A DNA stretch of 64,000 bases from an uncultured Acidobacteriaceae bacterium (GCA_963832805.1 CAWHVN010000016.1:4154-68153), one strand, 5' to 3'. Shown: positions 10,365 through 20,666, numbered from the stretch's first letter. The notes: generated by a model from the letters alone, not told the origin. Numbers and translations are program-made.

Positions 10365-10380
10365 CGCTCTCCCTCTCTGC

Positions 10381-12219
10381 TCAGATGAAGATCAGGTTCA
10401 CTGCGATTGCCGCCAAAAGGATCGCCGCGGCCATCGCCTCGGGCCGTTTCCACCACGCCCGATTTGCCGGCGGCCCCGCGGTGAGCGAAAACACAAGCCC
10501 GTTGAGTTTCTCGACCTGCGCCGCCTGCGTGAACAGGCTCACCATCGCCGCTACCAGCAGACTCACGAGGAAGGCTAACATTGTCGTTCCCAAACCCAGC
10601 GCCATCTCGCTCGCGGGATGATGCAACACCGCAATCCAGCCGCCGTGAATGCCCGGTTGTTCGCCTTGCGGGAGCGCCAGCCCGTGGTGCAGCAACGCGG
10701 CAACTGTGCCTGCGAGTAATCCCGCGAACGCGCCGTGCCCTGCTGCACGCTTCCAGAAAGCCCCCAGCAACAGCACCGCAAACAGCGGAGCATTCACGAC
10801 CGCGAAGACCAGCAGCATTGCATCGAGCAGGCTATTGAAGCGCATCGCTGCGCACGCCGCACCGAAAGCAAGCAACACGGCACCGACTGCCGCCCAACGG
10901 GCCACGGCGAGCAGGCGCTTGTCGGAGGCATCTTTGGCGAAGAACGCCTGAAAGAGGTCGCAAGTGAAGACCGTGCTGAACGATGTCACGCTGGCGGCTA
11001 CACCGCCCATCAGGCACGCCAGCAGAGCCGTCATCCCCAGCCCCAGCAGGCCCGTGGGCAGGAACTGCAGGAGCATGTTCGGAGTGGCCATCGCGTAGTC
11101 GAGTACGGCGCGGCCGTCCGCGCCCATTACAGGCTTTCCATCGGCATCGGCTTTTGCGGGAACCAGCCCCAGCCCTGCTTCCACCACCGGAGGCACAACC
11201 GTGATGTCGTGATAGATCACGCCATTTTCGTTGCGAATCACGATCGAGGTGTGCGGCGTGGGAAGGCCAACTGCGATAAGCCCTGGAAGGATCAACACGA
11301 GTGGCACAAACACGCGCACGGCCGCGGCGATCAACGGCGCCCTTCGCGCCGACTCCAGATTCTTCGCCGCCATCGCCGCCTGCAGCAGCCTGAAGTCAGT
11401 GCACCACGTCCCGCCGCCCAGCACCAGGCCCACGCCAAGCACCAGGACAATGACGCCGGGGCCCATGGAGTGAGCACTCGCGTGGAACTGGCTCGCCAGA
11501 ACCGCGGCCTTCAACGCGCTCCATCCGCCGATGCGCTTGAGTCCCAGCAGCACCACAGGAAGCAGTCCGGCGATGACGAGGCAAAACTGCAGCGCCTGGT
11601 TGTACATGGCAGCGCCAAGCCCGCCGAGCAGAACATAGGCCAGCACCAGAGCCGCCGGCAGCGCCATTGCGAGCAGCAGCGCTCCGGTGGGTGGAAGGTT
11701 GAGCGCGTTGGCAACCTGATCGAAGACGTGCAGCGCCACGAAGACGCGCCCCATGGCATAGAGAGCGATTCCGGCACTGAGCGCGGCCATCGCGGCAAAC
11801 ATGCAGGCATTCAGCGCCCGCGTCTTCCGGTCGAAGCGCAGGCCGAGATACTCCGGAATGGACCGCGCGGCGGTTTCAGCCGCTTCTGCCGGGGATGGGT
11901 CCGTGCCTGATTTCGAGCCGTAGAAGACAGGCATCAGATACAGGCCCGCGAAGAGCATTGCGGGAATCGAGCCAAGCGCGAAGATACCTGCACTGGCCAG
12001 GCCGTACCGGGCTCCCGCCGCGCCCATGCCGAGCACCTCCTGCGAGCCCAGGCTGGCGCCCAACATTGCCAGGCCACACAGCCAGCCCGGCATCACGCGC
12101 CCGGCCTGCATGAACTCCATGCTTCCCTTGATCGCCGGCCTGAGCGAGAAGCCAGCGGTCAGCATGAAAAAGCCGTAGATCAGCAGGATCAGCCAGTCGG
12201 CGGCAGCAAGATTCGGCAC
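10381..12219 (-). CDS. Sodium:solute symporter (SSS) family protein
   Basis: Many TMs; AGRVMPGWL, SIPEYLGLRFD, WCTDF, LLGAFWKR. GTG start at 12219 follows AAGGAG (ORF track starts at 12255). Confidence 0.88.
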   Translation of the reverse strand: MPNLAAADWLILLIYGFFMLTAGFSLRPAIKGSMEFMQAGRVMPGWLCGLAMLGASLGSQEVLGMGAAGARYGLASAGIFALGSIPAMLFAGLYLMPVFYGSKSGTDPSPAEAAETAARSIPEYLGLRFDRKTRALNACMFAAMAALSAGIALYAMGRVFVALHVFDQVANALNLPPTGALLLAMALPAALVLAYVLLGGLGAAMYNQALQFCLVIAGLLPVVLLGLKRIGGWSALKAAVLASQFHASAHSMGPGVIVLVLGVGLVLGGGTWCTDFRLLQAAMAAKNLESARRAPLIAAAVRVFVPLVLILPGLIAVGLPTPHTSIVIRNENGVIYHDITVVPPVVEAGLGLVPAKADADGKPVMGADGRAVLDYAMATPNMLLQFLPTGLLGLGMTALLACLMGGVAASVTSFSTVFTCDLFQAFFAKDASDKRLLAVARWAAVGAVLLAFGAACAAMRFNSLLDAMLLVFAVVNAPLFAVLLLGAFWKRAAGHGAFAGLLAGTVAALLHHGLALPQGEQPGIHGGWIAVLHHPASEMALGLGTTMLAFLVSLLVAAMVSLFTQAAQVEKLNGLVFSLTAGPPANRAWWKRPEAMAAAILLAAIAVNLIFI

Positions 12220-12472
12220 AAGGCGCTCCTTCCATCCTGATGGTACAGAATCCACTCGGCCCGCCGCCGCTCGTCCAGCGCAATCATTTGTTCAGCTGGA
12301 CCGAGTTCAAGATCCTTCGCCGCGAGCGCAAAAAAATCGGCGGCAAGGGAATGATCCCCTGCCGCCACCAGATTTTCTGTCAACGGAAATTGTCCTTTGC
12401 GTGACGCATTCGCGGTTCTGTCGCGCTCAAGTCCTCAAGTTGAGGGCCGTGCGTCGGCGACGCACAGCACCG

Positions 12473-13147
12473 TTATTGCTCCTCGCCCGTTCCCGGCGCG
12501 GGAGCCGGAGCCGGCGCTGCCGGCGGAGCCGCATCCGGCGGTGGCTGAGGCTGCTGCCGGTGGAACTGTCCGCCCGGCTCGCGGAACTGGCTGCCGGGTC
12601 CCTCCATTCCTGGCCTCTGTCCATCGCGTCCCCACGGACCCCGGTCATGGTCGCGCATCCCCTGGTGCTCCATCCGGTTCTGGTGCATGGTCTGCAGTTG
12701 TTTCCACTGGTCCGGCTTCAACTGCATCCGAATGTCCAGCAGAAAACGCGCATTGGCTTTCTCTAGATCCGCGCGCGCGCCCACGACCTTATCGATCTGC
12801 GCTTCAATCGCCGCACGGTCCGGAGTATCGGCCTCCATCAGCGGACCCATGGCCAACTCCGCCTTGCGCAAAGTGGCTTGCATGTCGATCAGCTTCATGC
12901 GATGGTCCTGCAGAATTCCATCCATCGCCTTACGCTGATCGTCGCTCAGGGTCAACTGCTTCACGATGTCCGGATTGTTCCAGAACTGTCCGTTTGCGAA
13001 TCCGAACGCCTGTTCCATCGGAGGCCGGTGCTGCTCGAATCCAGGTCCCAAGCCTGGCCCGCCGGGCCCTTGCGCGCACGCCCAACCTCCAACCATCAAC
13101 ATTCCTGCTCCCGCCAAAACCAGTCGAACAATTTTCAACGTCTTCAT
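12473..13147 (-). CDS. Spy/CpxP/ZraP-like periplasmic protein
   Basis: Signal peptide; LTLSDDQ and LKPDQW (LTxxQ-type) motifs; helical core; G/P/Q-rich termini. Confidence 0.85.
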   Translation of the reverse strand: MKTLKIVRLVLAGAGMLMVGGWACAQGPGGPGLGPGFEQHRPPMEQAFGFANGQFWNNPDIVKQLTLSDDQRKAMDGILQDHRMKLIDMQATLRKAELAMGPLMEADTPDRAAIEAQIDKVVGARADLEKANARFLLDIRMQLKPDQWKQLQTMHQNRMEHQGMRDHDRGPWGRDGQRPGMEGPGSQFREPGGQFHRQQPQPPPDAAPPAAPAPAPAPGTGEEQ

Positions 13148-13226
13148 CGATTCTTCCCCCCTTGTGTCCCAAGGGACCCTTTCTCGCCTTCTGTTCTCTT
13201 TCCTATTGTCTTGTTGCGTGAGCCCT

Positions 13227-13662
13227 TCAATTCGTACCGTTGCTGTCCATCATTTGCGCCAGCGGCTCCATGGCCGCCGGAACCTGTCGCGATACATCGT
13301 TGTCCACTGTTGCCAACAGATCCTCATCATCCTTGGTTGCGTTCGCCGCAGGTGCTGTCTTTTCGGCTGCCGCGTGCACCTGCGCAGCCTTTTGCTGCGC
13401 CGCTTTTACCGCCGCTATCCGGGCCAGCTCCTGCTGGTGATGGCGCTCGTACAACGAGCCCGCCAGGCTTCCAGCCGCAAGCACACATGCCAGCGCCCAG
13501 CTTGCCGCCAAACGCCAGGTGTGCTGCGCCGCTCTCACCGCTGTACGCGGCCGGCTGTATGCAGCCTCACCCCAGGCATCCACGCTCACTTTGAAGTTCT
13601 TCGAGCGCTTCTGCCACCATCGGATCGTCAATCTCTTCCGCCAATTTCCCTTTCAAGCTCAT
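13227..13662 (-). pseudogene. Putative single-TM anti-sigma factor split by a +1 frameshift near 13603 (pseudogene or sequence error)
   Basis: ATG at 13662 overlaps the sigma factor stop (ATGA) and reads MSLKGKLAEEIDDPMVAEAL..., stopping at 13567. The +1 frame continues KNFKVSVDAWGEAAY...TM...VPAAMEPLAQMM to 13227. Confidence 0.65.
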
Positions 13663-14234
13663 CGTGTTCCTCTCAGCTCCCCGCGCACTCTGCCGAGCGC
13701 CCGCGATAAGTGGGCCTTCACCGTGCCCTCGCTCAATCCCGTGGCCCGCGCAATCTCGCTCAACTCCCGCTCTTCAACGTAGCGCAGCAGGAACACCGTT
13801 CGCTGCCGCTCGCTCAGGCCTTCCACTGCCTTCCAAACATGTGCTACCTGCTCCCGCGCCAGAATCTGCTGCTCTGCGTTGCGTTCGCCGTTGGGCAGCC
13901 ACTCGCTGGCCTCGTCCACGCCAATCGCATTTGCTTGCGTTTGCCGCCAGAACTGCAAGCGCCGATTGCGCCAATGGTCCTTCTGCAAATTGATGGCGAT
14001 GCGCATCAGCCAGGTCATCGCGCTTGAATCGCCGCGAAAGTGTTTCCAGTTCCGGTGCGCCTTCAGGAAACACTCCTGTGTCAGCGTCTCGGCCAGATCC
14101 ACATCCCTGAGCGATGCCAGCAGGAAACGGAAGATTTGCGGCCGATGGCTTTCGGCGATGCTCGCAAAATCCTGCGCAGCAATCTCCTCTGCCGCTTCCA
14201 CGGTCATCGGCTTCACGGCTGTCCCAGCTGCCAT
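13659..14234 (-). CDS. ECF sigma-70 factor
   Basis: Region 2 (LAETLTQECFLKA, TWLMRIAIN) and region 4 (LSERQRTVFLLRY, EIARATGLSEGTVKAHLSRA); start ATG 14234 chosen. Confidence 0.93.
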   Translation of the reverse strand: MAAGTAVKPMTVEAAEEIAAQDFASIAESHRPQIFRFLLASLRDVDLAETLTQECFLKAHRNWKHFRGDSSAMTWLMRIAINLQKDHWRNRRLQFWRQTQANAIGVDEASEWLPNGERNAEQQILAREQVAHVWKAVEGLSERQRTVFLLRYVEERELSEIARATGLSEGTVKAHLSRALGRVRGELRGTR

Positions 14235-14242
14235 CGAATTGG

Positions 14243-14271
14243 TAGACGTCCGCATCCGGCGCAAGTTTACA
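14243..14271 (-). promoter_or_regulatory. ECF-type promoter TGTAAAC-N16-CGTCTA upstream of the ECF sigma gene
   Basis: AAC...16 nt...CGT is the generic ECF promoter pattern; it ends 8 nt before the ATG. Confidence 0.6.
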
Positions 14272-14654
14272 ACCCTTCGCTCCATTTTCGCGTCAAAGTT
14301 GCCATCAAGCCCAGGTGAAGAGAGGCTGCAGACACCCGTAAAGCCATTGATCTCACGAGCAAATCGGTGTACGCGCTTCCCCGCCCGGCTTAAACGTGGG
14401 ATTCCAGCTTCGCACATCGCCGCACCTCGATTCCGCAACGATATAATCTGTTGCGGCGACGAAAACTTCGCGTTGGCAGGCCCCCATGCTGTGGTGCGCG
14501 CCACAGGTTGGTACACCAAAGGATCTCAGCAGGTGGTTACTTTCGGCGTTTCCAGGAGAATCGGAGCGCAGATCGCCGCAGGAATTCCTGGCGCCGGAGC
14601 CGGAAGCTGCAATTGAAAACCGGCGAGTTCAAAGCTCACCCTATGGAGACTGAA

Positions 14655-15974
14655 ATGATTTCCCGTCGAAGATTTGTTAATGGACTGGCTGCTGGTGCGG
14701 CGGCCTCAGCATTCGCATCCACCGCAAAGAGCTATGCGCAGATTCTCGGCGCCAACGATCGCCTGAACTTTGCCATCAACGGCCTGAATGGCCGCGGCCA
14801 CGCACATCTGTCATCGCTGCGCACCAACAGCAGCACCGCGCGGGTGGCCTATATCTGCGACGTCGACTCTGGCATTCTTGGCAAGTTTGCGGCGGAAGCG
14901 GAGCAAAAGCTTGGCTACGCGCCCAAAGCCAAGACCGATTTCCGCCATGTCCTGGAATCGAAGGACGTTGACGCGATCACCATTGCTGCTCCCGACCACT
15001 GGCACACGCCGATGGCGGTGCTTGGCCTTAAAGCAGGCAAGCACGTCTACGTTGAAAAGCCCTCCAGCCAGAACCCGCGCGAAGGCGAGCTGCTGGTTGC
15101 CGCGCAGAAGAAATACGGAAAGCTCGTTCAGGTTGGCGATCAACAGCGATCTTCCGACTACACCATCCGCATGATCCAGCAGATTCACGATGGCCTGATT
15201 GGCGACGCGTACATGGCCAAGTCGTGGTACGTGAACACGCGCGGCTCCATGGGCATCGGCAAGCCTGCGCCCGTGCCCGCCTCGCTCAACTGGGATCTGT
15301 GGCAAGGCCCCGCGCCGCGCAGCGAGTACAAGGACAACATTCATCCCTACAACTGGCACTGGCTGCGGCGCTACGGCACCGGCGAGACGCTCAACAATGG
15401 CACTCACGAAGTTGACGTCTGCCGCTGGGCTCTGCAGGCGGAAATCCCCCGTGCCGTGACTGCAAGCGGCGGCCGCTACCAGTTCAAAGACGACTGGCAG
15501 TTCCCTGACACGACCATCACCAACTTTGAATACCCCGGCAAGCTTATCTCGTGGGAAGGCCGCTCCTGCCAGGGTATTCGCCTCTACGATCGCGACCGCG
15601 GTTCGGTGATTTCGGGCACCAAGGGCTCGGTCGTCATCGATCGCGACGGGTACGACGTCTTTGATTGGAAAGGGAAGCAGATCGACACGTATCGCGTCGG
15701 CCATGTCACTTCAACAGGCGACCTGATCGGAGCCGATTCCATGACCGACGCCCACTTCGCCAACTTCATCGCGGCCATTCGCGGCCAGCAGAAGCTCAAC
15801 TCGCCCGTTCCAGTCGCCAATGTCACTGTGACCATGCTCCTGCTCTCGAACATCGCCTGGTTCGTCGATCGCCTGCTGCGCCTCGACACCCAAACTGCGC
15901 ACATCCTCAACGATCCCGAGGCCATGAAGTTTTGGGCTCGCACCTACGAACCAGGCTGGGAACTGACGGTCTAA
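14655..15974 (+). CDS. Tat-exported Gfo/Idh/MocA oxidoreductase
   Basis: SRRRFV twin-arginine signal, PDHWH, HVYVEKP, WDLWQGPAP; GGAGA SD before ATG 14655 (alternative 14643). Confidence 0.92.
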   Translation: MISRRRFVNGLAAGAAASAFASTAKSYAQILGANDRLNFAINGLNGRGHAHLSSLRTNSSTARVAYICDVDSGILGKFAAEAEQKLGYAPKAKTDFRHVLESKDVDAITIAAPDHWHTPMAVLGLKAGKHVYVEKPSSQNPREGELLVAAQKKYGKLVQVGDQQRSSDYTIRMIQQIHDGLIGDAYMAKSWYVNTRGSMGIGKPAPVPASLNWDLWQGPAPRSEYKDNIHPYNWHWLRRYGTGETLNNGTHEVDVCRWALQAEIPRAVTASGGRYQFKDDWQFPDTTITNFEYPGKLISWEGRSCQGIRLYDRDRGSVISGTKGSVVIDRDGYDVFDWKGKQIDTYRVGHVTSTGDLIGADSMTDAHFANFIAAIRGQQKLNSPVPVANVTVTMLLLSNIAWFVDRLLRLDTQTAHILNDPEAMKFWARTYEPGWELTV

Positions 15975-15986
15975 GGAGACACTCGA

Positions 15987-16877
15987 ATGACGGCCGGAAA
16001 CGAAATCTTGCCTGCCGCGCAAGCTGGGACCCTCACCCTTGGCGGCGATTTAGCCGTGAACCGCATGGGCTATGGCGCCATGCGCATCACAGGCAAGGGC
16101 ATCTGGGGTCCTCCCGATGACGTCGACGCCGCGGTCGCCACGCTTCGCCGCGCCGTCGAGCTGGGCGTGAACTTTATCGACACCGCCGACTCCTACGGCC
16201 CTGACGTCTCAGAGGAACTGATCGCGAAAGCGCTCTGGCCCTATCCTGCCGGCCTCGTCATCGCCACCAAAGCCGGCTGGACGCGCCACGGCCCCGGTGT
16301 TTGGCAGCACAACGCCAGCCCCGCCCATATCCAGGAAGCCATCGAAGGCAGCCTCAAGCACCTGCGCCTGGAGCGCATCGACGTTTACCAACTTCACGTG
16401 CCCGACCCCGCCGTTTCCTTTGACGCCTCCATGGAAACTCTCGCGCGGCTGCGGGAGCGGGGCAAGATTCGTCACGTCGCGCTCTCCAACGTCACGCTCG
16501 AGCACATTCATCGGGCGCAACGGATCGTCCCGATCGTCAGCGTGCAGAACCGCTACAGCTTCTCCGATCGCGAATGGGATTTTGTGGTCGATTATTGCGA
16601 AGCCAACGGCATCGCGTTTCTGCCCTGGGGACCGATGGCACAGGGCCGACAGGCCAGCGAAGTGGTGGAGAGGATTGCCGCAGCGCGCCAGGTATCCACT
16701 GCGGTCATTTCGCTGGCATGGCTGCTGCGGCGCTCGCCGGTCATGCTGCCCATTCCCGGCACAAGCTCGGTGAAACACCTTGAAGAGAACGTCGGCGCCG
16801 CCGCTTTCCGGCTCAGCGACGCCGAGTTCGCCGAACTCGCCGCAGTCGTTCCCAGACCCTATTGGCTGCGCGGCTAA
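15987..16877 (+). CDS. Aldo/keto reductase
   Basis: RMGYGAMRI, FIDTADSYG, IATKAG, IDVYQLH, PIPGTSS. Confidence 0.93.
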   Translation: MTAGNEILPAAQAGTLTLGGDLAVNRMGYGAMRITGKGIWGPPDDVDAAVATLRRAVELGVNFIDTADSYGPDVSEELIAKALWPYPAGLVIATKAGWTRHGPGVWQHNASPAHIQEAIEGSLKHLRLERIDVYQLHVPDPAVSFDASMETLARLRERGKIRHVALSNVTLEHIHRAQRIVPIVSVQNRYSFSDREWDFVVDYCEANGIAFLPWGPMAQGRQASEVVERIAAARQVSTAVISLAWLLRRSPVMLPIPGTSSVKHLEENVGAAAFRLSDAEFAELAAVVPRPYWLRG

Positions 16878-16927
16878 GGCCAGAGGGCCCCGGGCGAGCA
16901 ATCTTATTGTGTTCCGTTTGCCGGACT

Positions 16928-17479
16928 CTACGGCTGCGTGGCTTGCGGCGCGTCGCCGCCTGGAGCCGGCTCTGCGGCCGAACTCACCGGCTCATTCATT
17001 CCGTGCTCGGGATCGTACTGGTGCTTGACCATCCATTCCTTGTATTTCGCGGCAGGCTCTTCGCCCAGCAGGCCGTTATGCCGGACGTAAACGGAATCTT
17101 CCTTTAAGGTCACCTTGAAGTCGCAGGAGTTCATCTCTCCCGGCTTGCCGCCCAAGACCGGAAGCAGAATCTCCAACTCCCGCCCGGGCTTCTTCCAGCG
17201 CGCCATGTACGTCTCGTACCCGGGCGACACCATGATCCGTGTGGCGCATCGGTAGCCGAAATCGAAGCCTAGCGGCTGGCCGTTCTCAAAGAGGTTGGCG
17301 CGGCCTTCGCCGTCTACGGCATCCAGCGAGCGATCGTAATAATGCGAATGAGAATTGAACTGAAAGATATGTACTCTTAGCGGATAATCGGCGGCGCTCC
17401 ATTTGCCCGCCCAGGCAACTGTCGCCACCAGCAGACCGACGACCAACCCACTCAAACCACAAATCCAGGCACGACGCAT
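16928..17479 (-). CDS. Hypothetical secreted protein
   Basis: Signal peptide (VATVAWA), beta-rich body with two Cys, Pro/Ala tail; AAAGGGGG SD-like sequence upstream. Confidence 0.75.
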   Translation of the reverse strand: MRRAWICGLSGLVVGLLVATVAWAGKWSAADYPLRVHIFQFNSHSHYYDRSLDAVDGEGRANLFENGQPLGFDFGYRCATRIMVSPGYETYMARWKKPGRELEILLPVLGGKPGEMNSCDFKVTLKEDSVYVRHNGLLGEEPAAKYKEWMVKHQYDPEHGMNEPVSSAAEPAPGGDAPQATQP

Positions 17480-17600
17480 CGATAGCCCCCTTTTCTATTC
17501 TGATGGTCGGATTCCGCAGCAATTCTAACTCACACCTCCACATCGCACCGTTAACCCGCTCTCAACTCACGGGCAAAGTGGCTCGTCGGCCCTGCGCGCT

Positions 17601-19250
17601 TCACGGCTCCTTGCGATGCCGCCGGTTGTGCTCTGCCCCGCGCATGAGGAGCACTACGGGAATGTTGAGCAAGATCAAAATCCCCATCAGGAGAAATGCG
17701 TCGCCATAGCTGAGCAGCGCCGCCTGTTGCTGGAGCTGCCGATAGATGAGCCCACCGGCTTTGTGCGCCGCCGTCACCGGGTCTACACCCTGATGAGCGA
17801 GAAAAGGCGCCAACTGCGCAAAGGCCTGCTGGCTCATCGGACTCGAAGCCGTGAGGTGGTCGCCGAGGATCTGCTGATGAAACTGCTCGCGCCGGGCCAT
17901 CATCGTGGTCACAAACGAAATTCCCATGCTTGATCCGATATTGCGCATGGTATTGAACAGGCTCGTCGCATAGCCGGTCTCGGCCTTCGGGATCGGGCTC
18001 ATCGTCAAAGTGGCCATGGGCACAAACAAGAATCCCAGAGCAAAGCCCTGGACGATTTGAATCCAGAAGATATCCCAGGTTCCAGATTCGAGCGTCATTC
18101 GCGCATAGCCAAAGAAGCAAAGCCCTGTGATGCCGAAGCCAAGGATCAGCAAGCGGCGCGCGTCCCAGCCTCTGCCCAGCAGAAAAGCCACCAGCGGCAT
18201 GCACAGCGCGGTGCCCACGCCGCGCGGACTGTTCCAGATTCCCGCGGTAGTCGCGGTCCAGCCCAGCAGCGTCTGCATGAACAGCGGCAGCAGCACCAGG
18301 CTGCCGTACAGCACGAACCCCATGATCGTGACCAGCACGATGCCCGAAGCGAAGGTGCGCGAGTGCATCAGCTTGAAGTGCACGATCGGGTCCTTGGCGC
18401 GCAATTCACGCAGCACGAAGGCCGCCAGGCACACCGCCGAAATCACGCACAGCGCGCGAATCAGAGTCGATCCGAACCAGTCTTTTTCCTGCCCCTTGTC
18501 GAGCATGATCTGCAGCGCGCCCATGCCCACGGCCAGCATGCCGATGCCCCACGCATCCACGCCCAGCGAGCGGCGCCGCAAGTAGTGCGGATCGTAGATG
18601 TACTGCGAGATCAATAGCAGGCTCAACACCCCCACCGGCAGGTTGATGAAGAAGACCCAGCGCCACGTCCAGGTGTCCGTGATCCAGCCGCCCAGCGTGG
18701 GGCCAAGGATAGGCGCCGCGATAATTCCCAGGCTCCAGAACGCCATCGCCTTGCCCTGCTCCCTGCCCGGGAATTCTTCGAGGAGCACGGCCTGCGAAAG
18801 CGGCTGCAGCCCGCCGCCGGTCAGGCCCTGGATGACGCGAAAGACAATCAGCATGGGCAGATTCGGAGCTAGGCCGCACGCCAGGCTCGACAGCGTAAAC
18901 CCGGCAACGGCCATCATCAGAACGTGCTTGCGGCCCAGTACGCCCGCAATCCATCCGGTTATGGGAAGGATGATGGCGTTCGCCACCAGGTAGGAGGTCA
19001 ATACCCAGGTTGCCTCCTCGACGGTCGAGGAAAGCGATCCGGCGATATGCGGCAGGCTGACATTGACCACCGACGTATCCAGCACCTGCATCACGGCGCT
19101 CGACATCACGGCAATGGCGACCATCCAACGATGAGGCGGAATGGCCTCACCGTCGGGCGATGAAGTGGCCAGCATCGCCTTTGCTCTTGCCGAAAGCGAA
19201 TTCGCGCCTTGCGCGGACCCTGCCAGGCGGGGAATGGAAGCGTCAGCCAC
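17601..19250 (-). CDS. DHA2 family MFS efflux permease (EmrB/QacA)
   Basis: LDTSVVNVSLPHIAG, WVLTSYLVANAI, APILGPTLGGWITD, WRWVFFINLPVG; start uncertain. Confidence 0.93.
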   Translation of the reverse strand: MADASIPRLAGSAQGANSLSARAKAMLATSSPDGEAIPPHRWMVAIAVMSSAVMQVLDTSVVNVSLPHIAGSLSSTVEEATWVLTSYLVANAIILPITGWIAGVLGRKHVLMMAVAGFTLSSLACGLAPNLPMLIVFRVIQGLTGGGLQPLSQAVLLEEFPGREQGKAMAFWSLGIIAAPILGPTLGGWITDTWTWRWVFFINLPVGVLSLLLISQYIYDPHYLRRRSLGVDAWGIGMLAVGMGALQIMLDKGQEKDWFGSTLIRALCVISAVCLAAFVLRELRAKDPIVHFKLMHSRTFASGIVLVTIMGFVLYGSLVLLPLFMQTLLGWTATTAGIWNSPRGVGTALCMPLVAFLLGRGWDARRLLILGFGITGLCFFGYARMTLESGTWDIFWIQIVQGFALGFLFVPMATLTMSPIPKAETGYATSLFNTMRNIGSSMGISFVTTMMARREQFHQQILGDHLTASSPMSQQAFAQLAPFLAHQGVDPVTAAHKAGGLIYRQLQQQAALLSYGDAFLLMGILILLNIPVVLLMRGAEHNRRHRKEP

Positions 19251-19645
19251 GGGTGCCCGTCCCTTGCACGGCGCAGGACAGCAAGCGATGAACTACGGTC
19301 CGGGAGGCAAAGCCTGCGGCAGAAACAACAACGGGATTTCTCTGAACGCGCAAAGCCAAATTTCCGCGCTCTCGCGCCGTCTGTCCGGCGAGAGGGGCCC
19401 TCAATCAATCGATGGAAAAACTAATCGAAGGTTAACCCCGGCTTAGCACAGCGTCAATTGCAGCCGTCACAGCACGCCGGGAAGGCCATCGCCGCGCAAG
19501 CGTCTCCCCGGCCCCACCGTTGATCCCTAATCTCTGCTCCCCTGAGCCCTATGCCCTTAGCCGCCGCCGATGGCCTGAGCGAACGGTTATTGTTCGGTGA
19601 AGAGGCTGAACCCCGGCCGAGGATTTACTCTATTCGAGAAAAGCC

Positions 19646-20350
19646 ATGCTGCTCGAATCTCTACGCGAACAAGTTCTCGGCGCCAATCAGGAGATCGCCC
19701 GCCGCGGCCTCGCACCGCACACCTTCGGGAATGCCAGCGGAGTTGATCGCTCCGGCGCCAAGCCGCTGGTGGTTATCAAGCCGAGTGGTGTCGATTACGC
19801 CGCCCTAACGCCCGCCGACCTTATCGTCACTGATCTCGATGGCAACATCGTCGAGGGCTCGCTGCGCCCGTCGAGCGATCTTGATACGCACACTCTGCTC
19901 TACCGCGAGTTTCCTCAGATCGGGGGCATCGTCCATACCCACTCCGAGTTCGCCACGGCGTGGGCCCAGGCCTGCCGCGCAATTCCGTGCTACGGCACTA
20001 CACACGCCGACTACTTTCACGGTCCGGTTCCCGTCACTGAACCGCTCACCGCTGAAGAGGTCGCCTCAGGCTACGTACGCAACACTGGCGCGGTCATCGT
20101 CCGCTGCTTCCGCACCGGAAAGCTCGATCCGGCGGCCGTTCCCGGCGTACTGGTTGCGGGCCACGCCCCATTTGCCTGGGGCAAAGACCCGGCCGATGCC
20201 GTGGAGCACGCCGACGTCCTCGAGTACATCGCCCGGCTCGCCTTCCGCAGCGTGCTGCTGGGCGCACCAGAGGCCGGCATACCCGGCCACGTCTCGGAGT
20301 ACCACTACCTCCGCAAGCACGGCCCGAAGGCAACTTACGGCCAACGCTGA
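19646..20350 (+). CDS. araD: L-ribulose-5-phosphate 4-epimerase
   Basis: TFGNASG, IKPSGVDY, PSSDLDTH, HTHS, GTTHADYF, HYLRKHG..ATYGQ. Confidence 0.92.
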   Translation: MLLESLREQVLGANQEIARRGLAPHTFGNASGVDRSGAKPLVVIKPSGVDYAALTPADLIVTDLDGNIVEGSLRPSSDLDTHTLLYREFPQIGGIVHTHSEFATAWAQACRAIPCYGTTHADYFHGPVPVTEPLTAEEVASGYVRNTGAVIVRCFRTGKLDPAAVPGVLVAGHAPFAWGKDPADAVEHADVLEYIARLAFRSVLLGAPEAGIPGHVSEYHYLRKHGPKATYGQR

Positions 20351-20666
20351 GCAAGAGTCCCAGCCGAGGCACGTCTGCTCTGCCTCGTGCCGTCAGCCGG
20401 CGATCCAATGCTCTGAAACCGGCGAAATCCAAGCCCCGCGGAACCCCTGTGTTTTCCTGTGGTTGGCCGATAACTCAACACTGTTGATTAATCTACAAAT
20501 TTTCATAGATTGATTCGCTTCTCTGGATCGCTACTCTTGTTTTTTGCACTTGCGATGTGATCTACTTCACTCTAGGATGACTTTTTCCTCATCGATAAGT
20601 CCATATCATGCCTGTTCTCAGAGGATTGGCCTGAGACCTCCAGCTTAAAGCCGCATCCCCGCTGCG

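Noticed and set aside
12189-12383. 64-aa ORF upstream of the SSS transporter
   Set aside because: It overlaps the SSS start in another frame, has a TTG start and no motif; probably promoter DNA.
13590-13610. Programmed ribosomal frameshift in the anti-sigma gene
   Set aside because: No recognisable slippery sequence or stop-codon shift site at the junction; a simple indel is more parsimonious.
19646-20350. Orphan araD as evidence of a new sugar pathway
   Set aside because: araA/araB may simply lie elsewhere in the genome; nothing nearby supports a new pathway.
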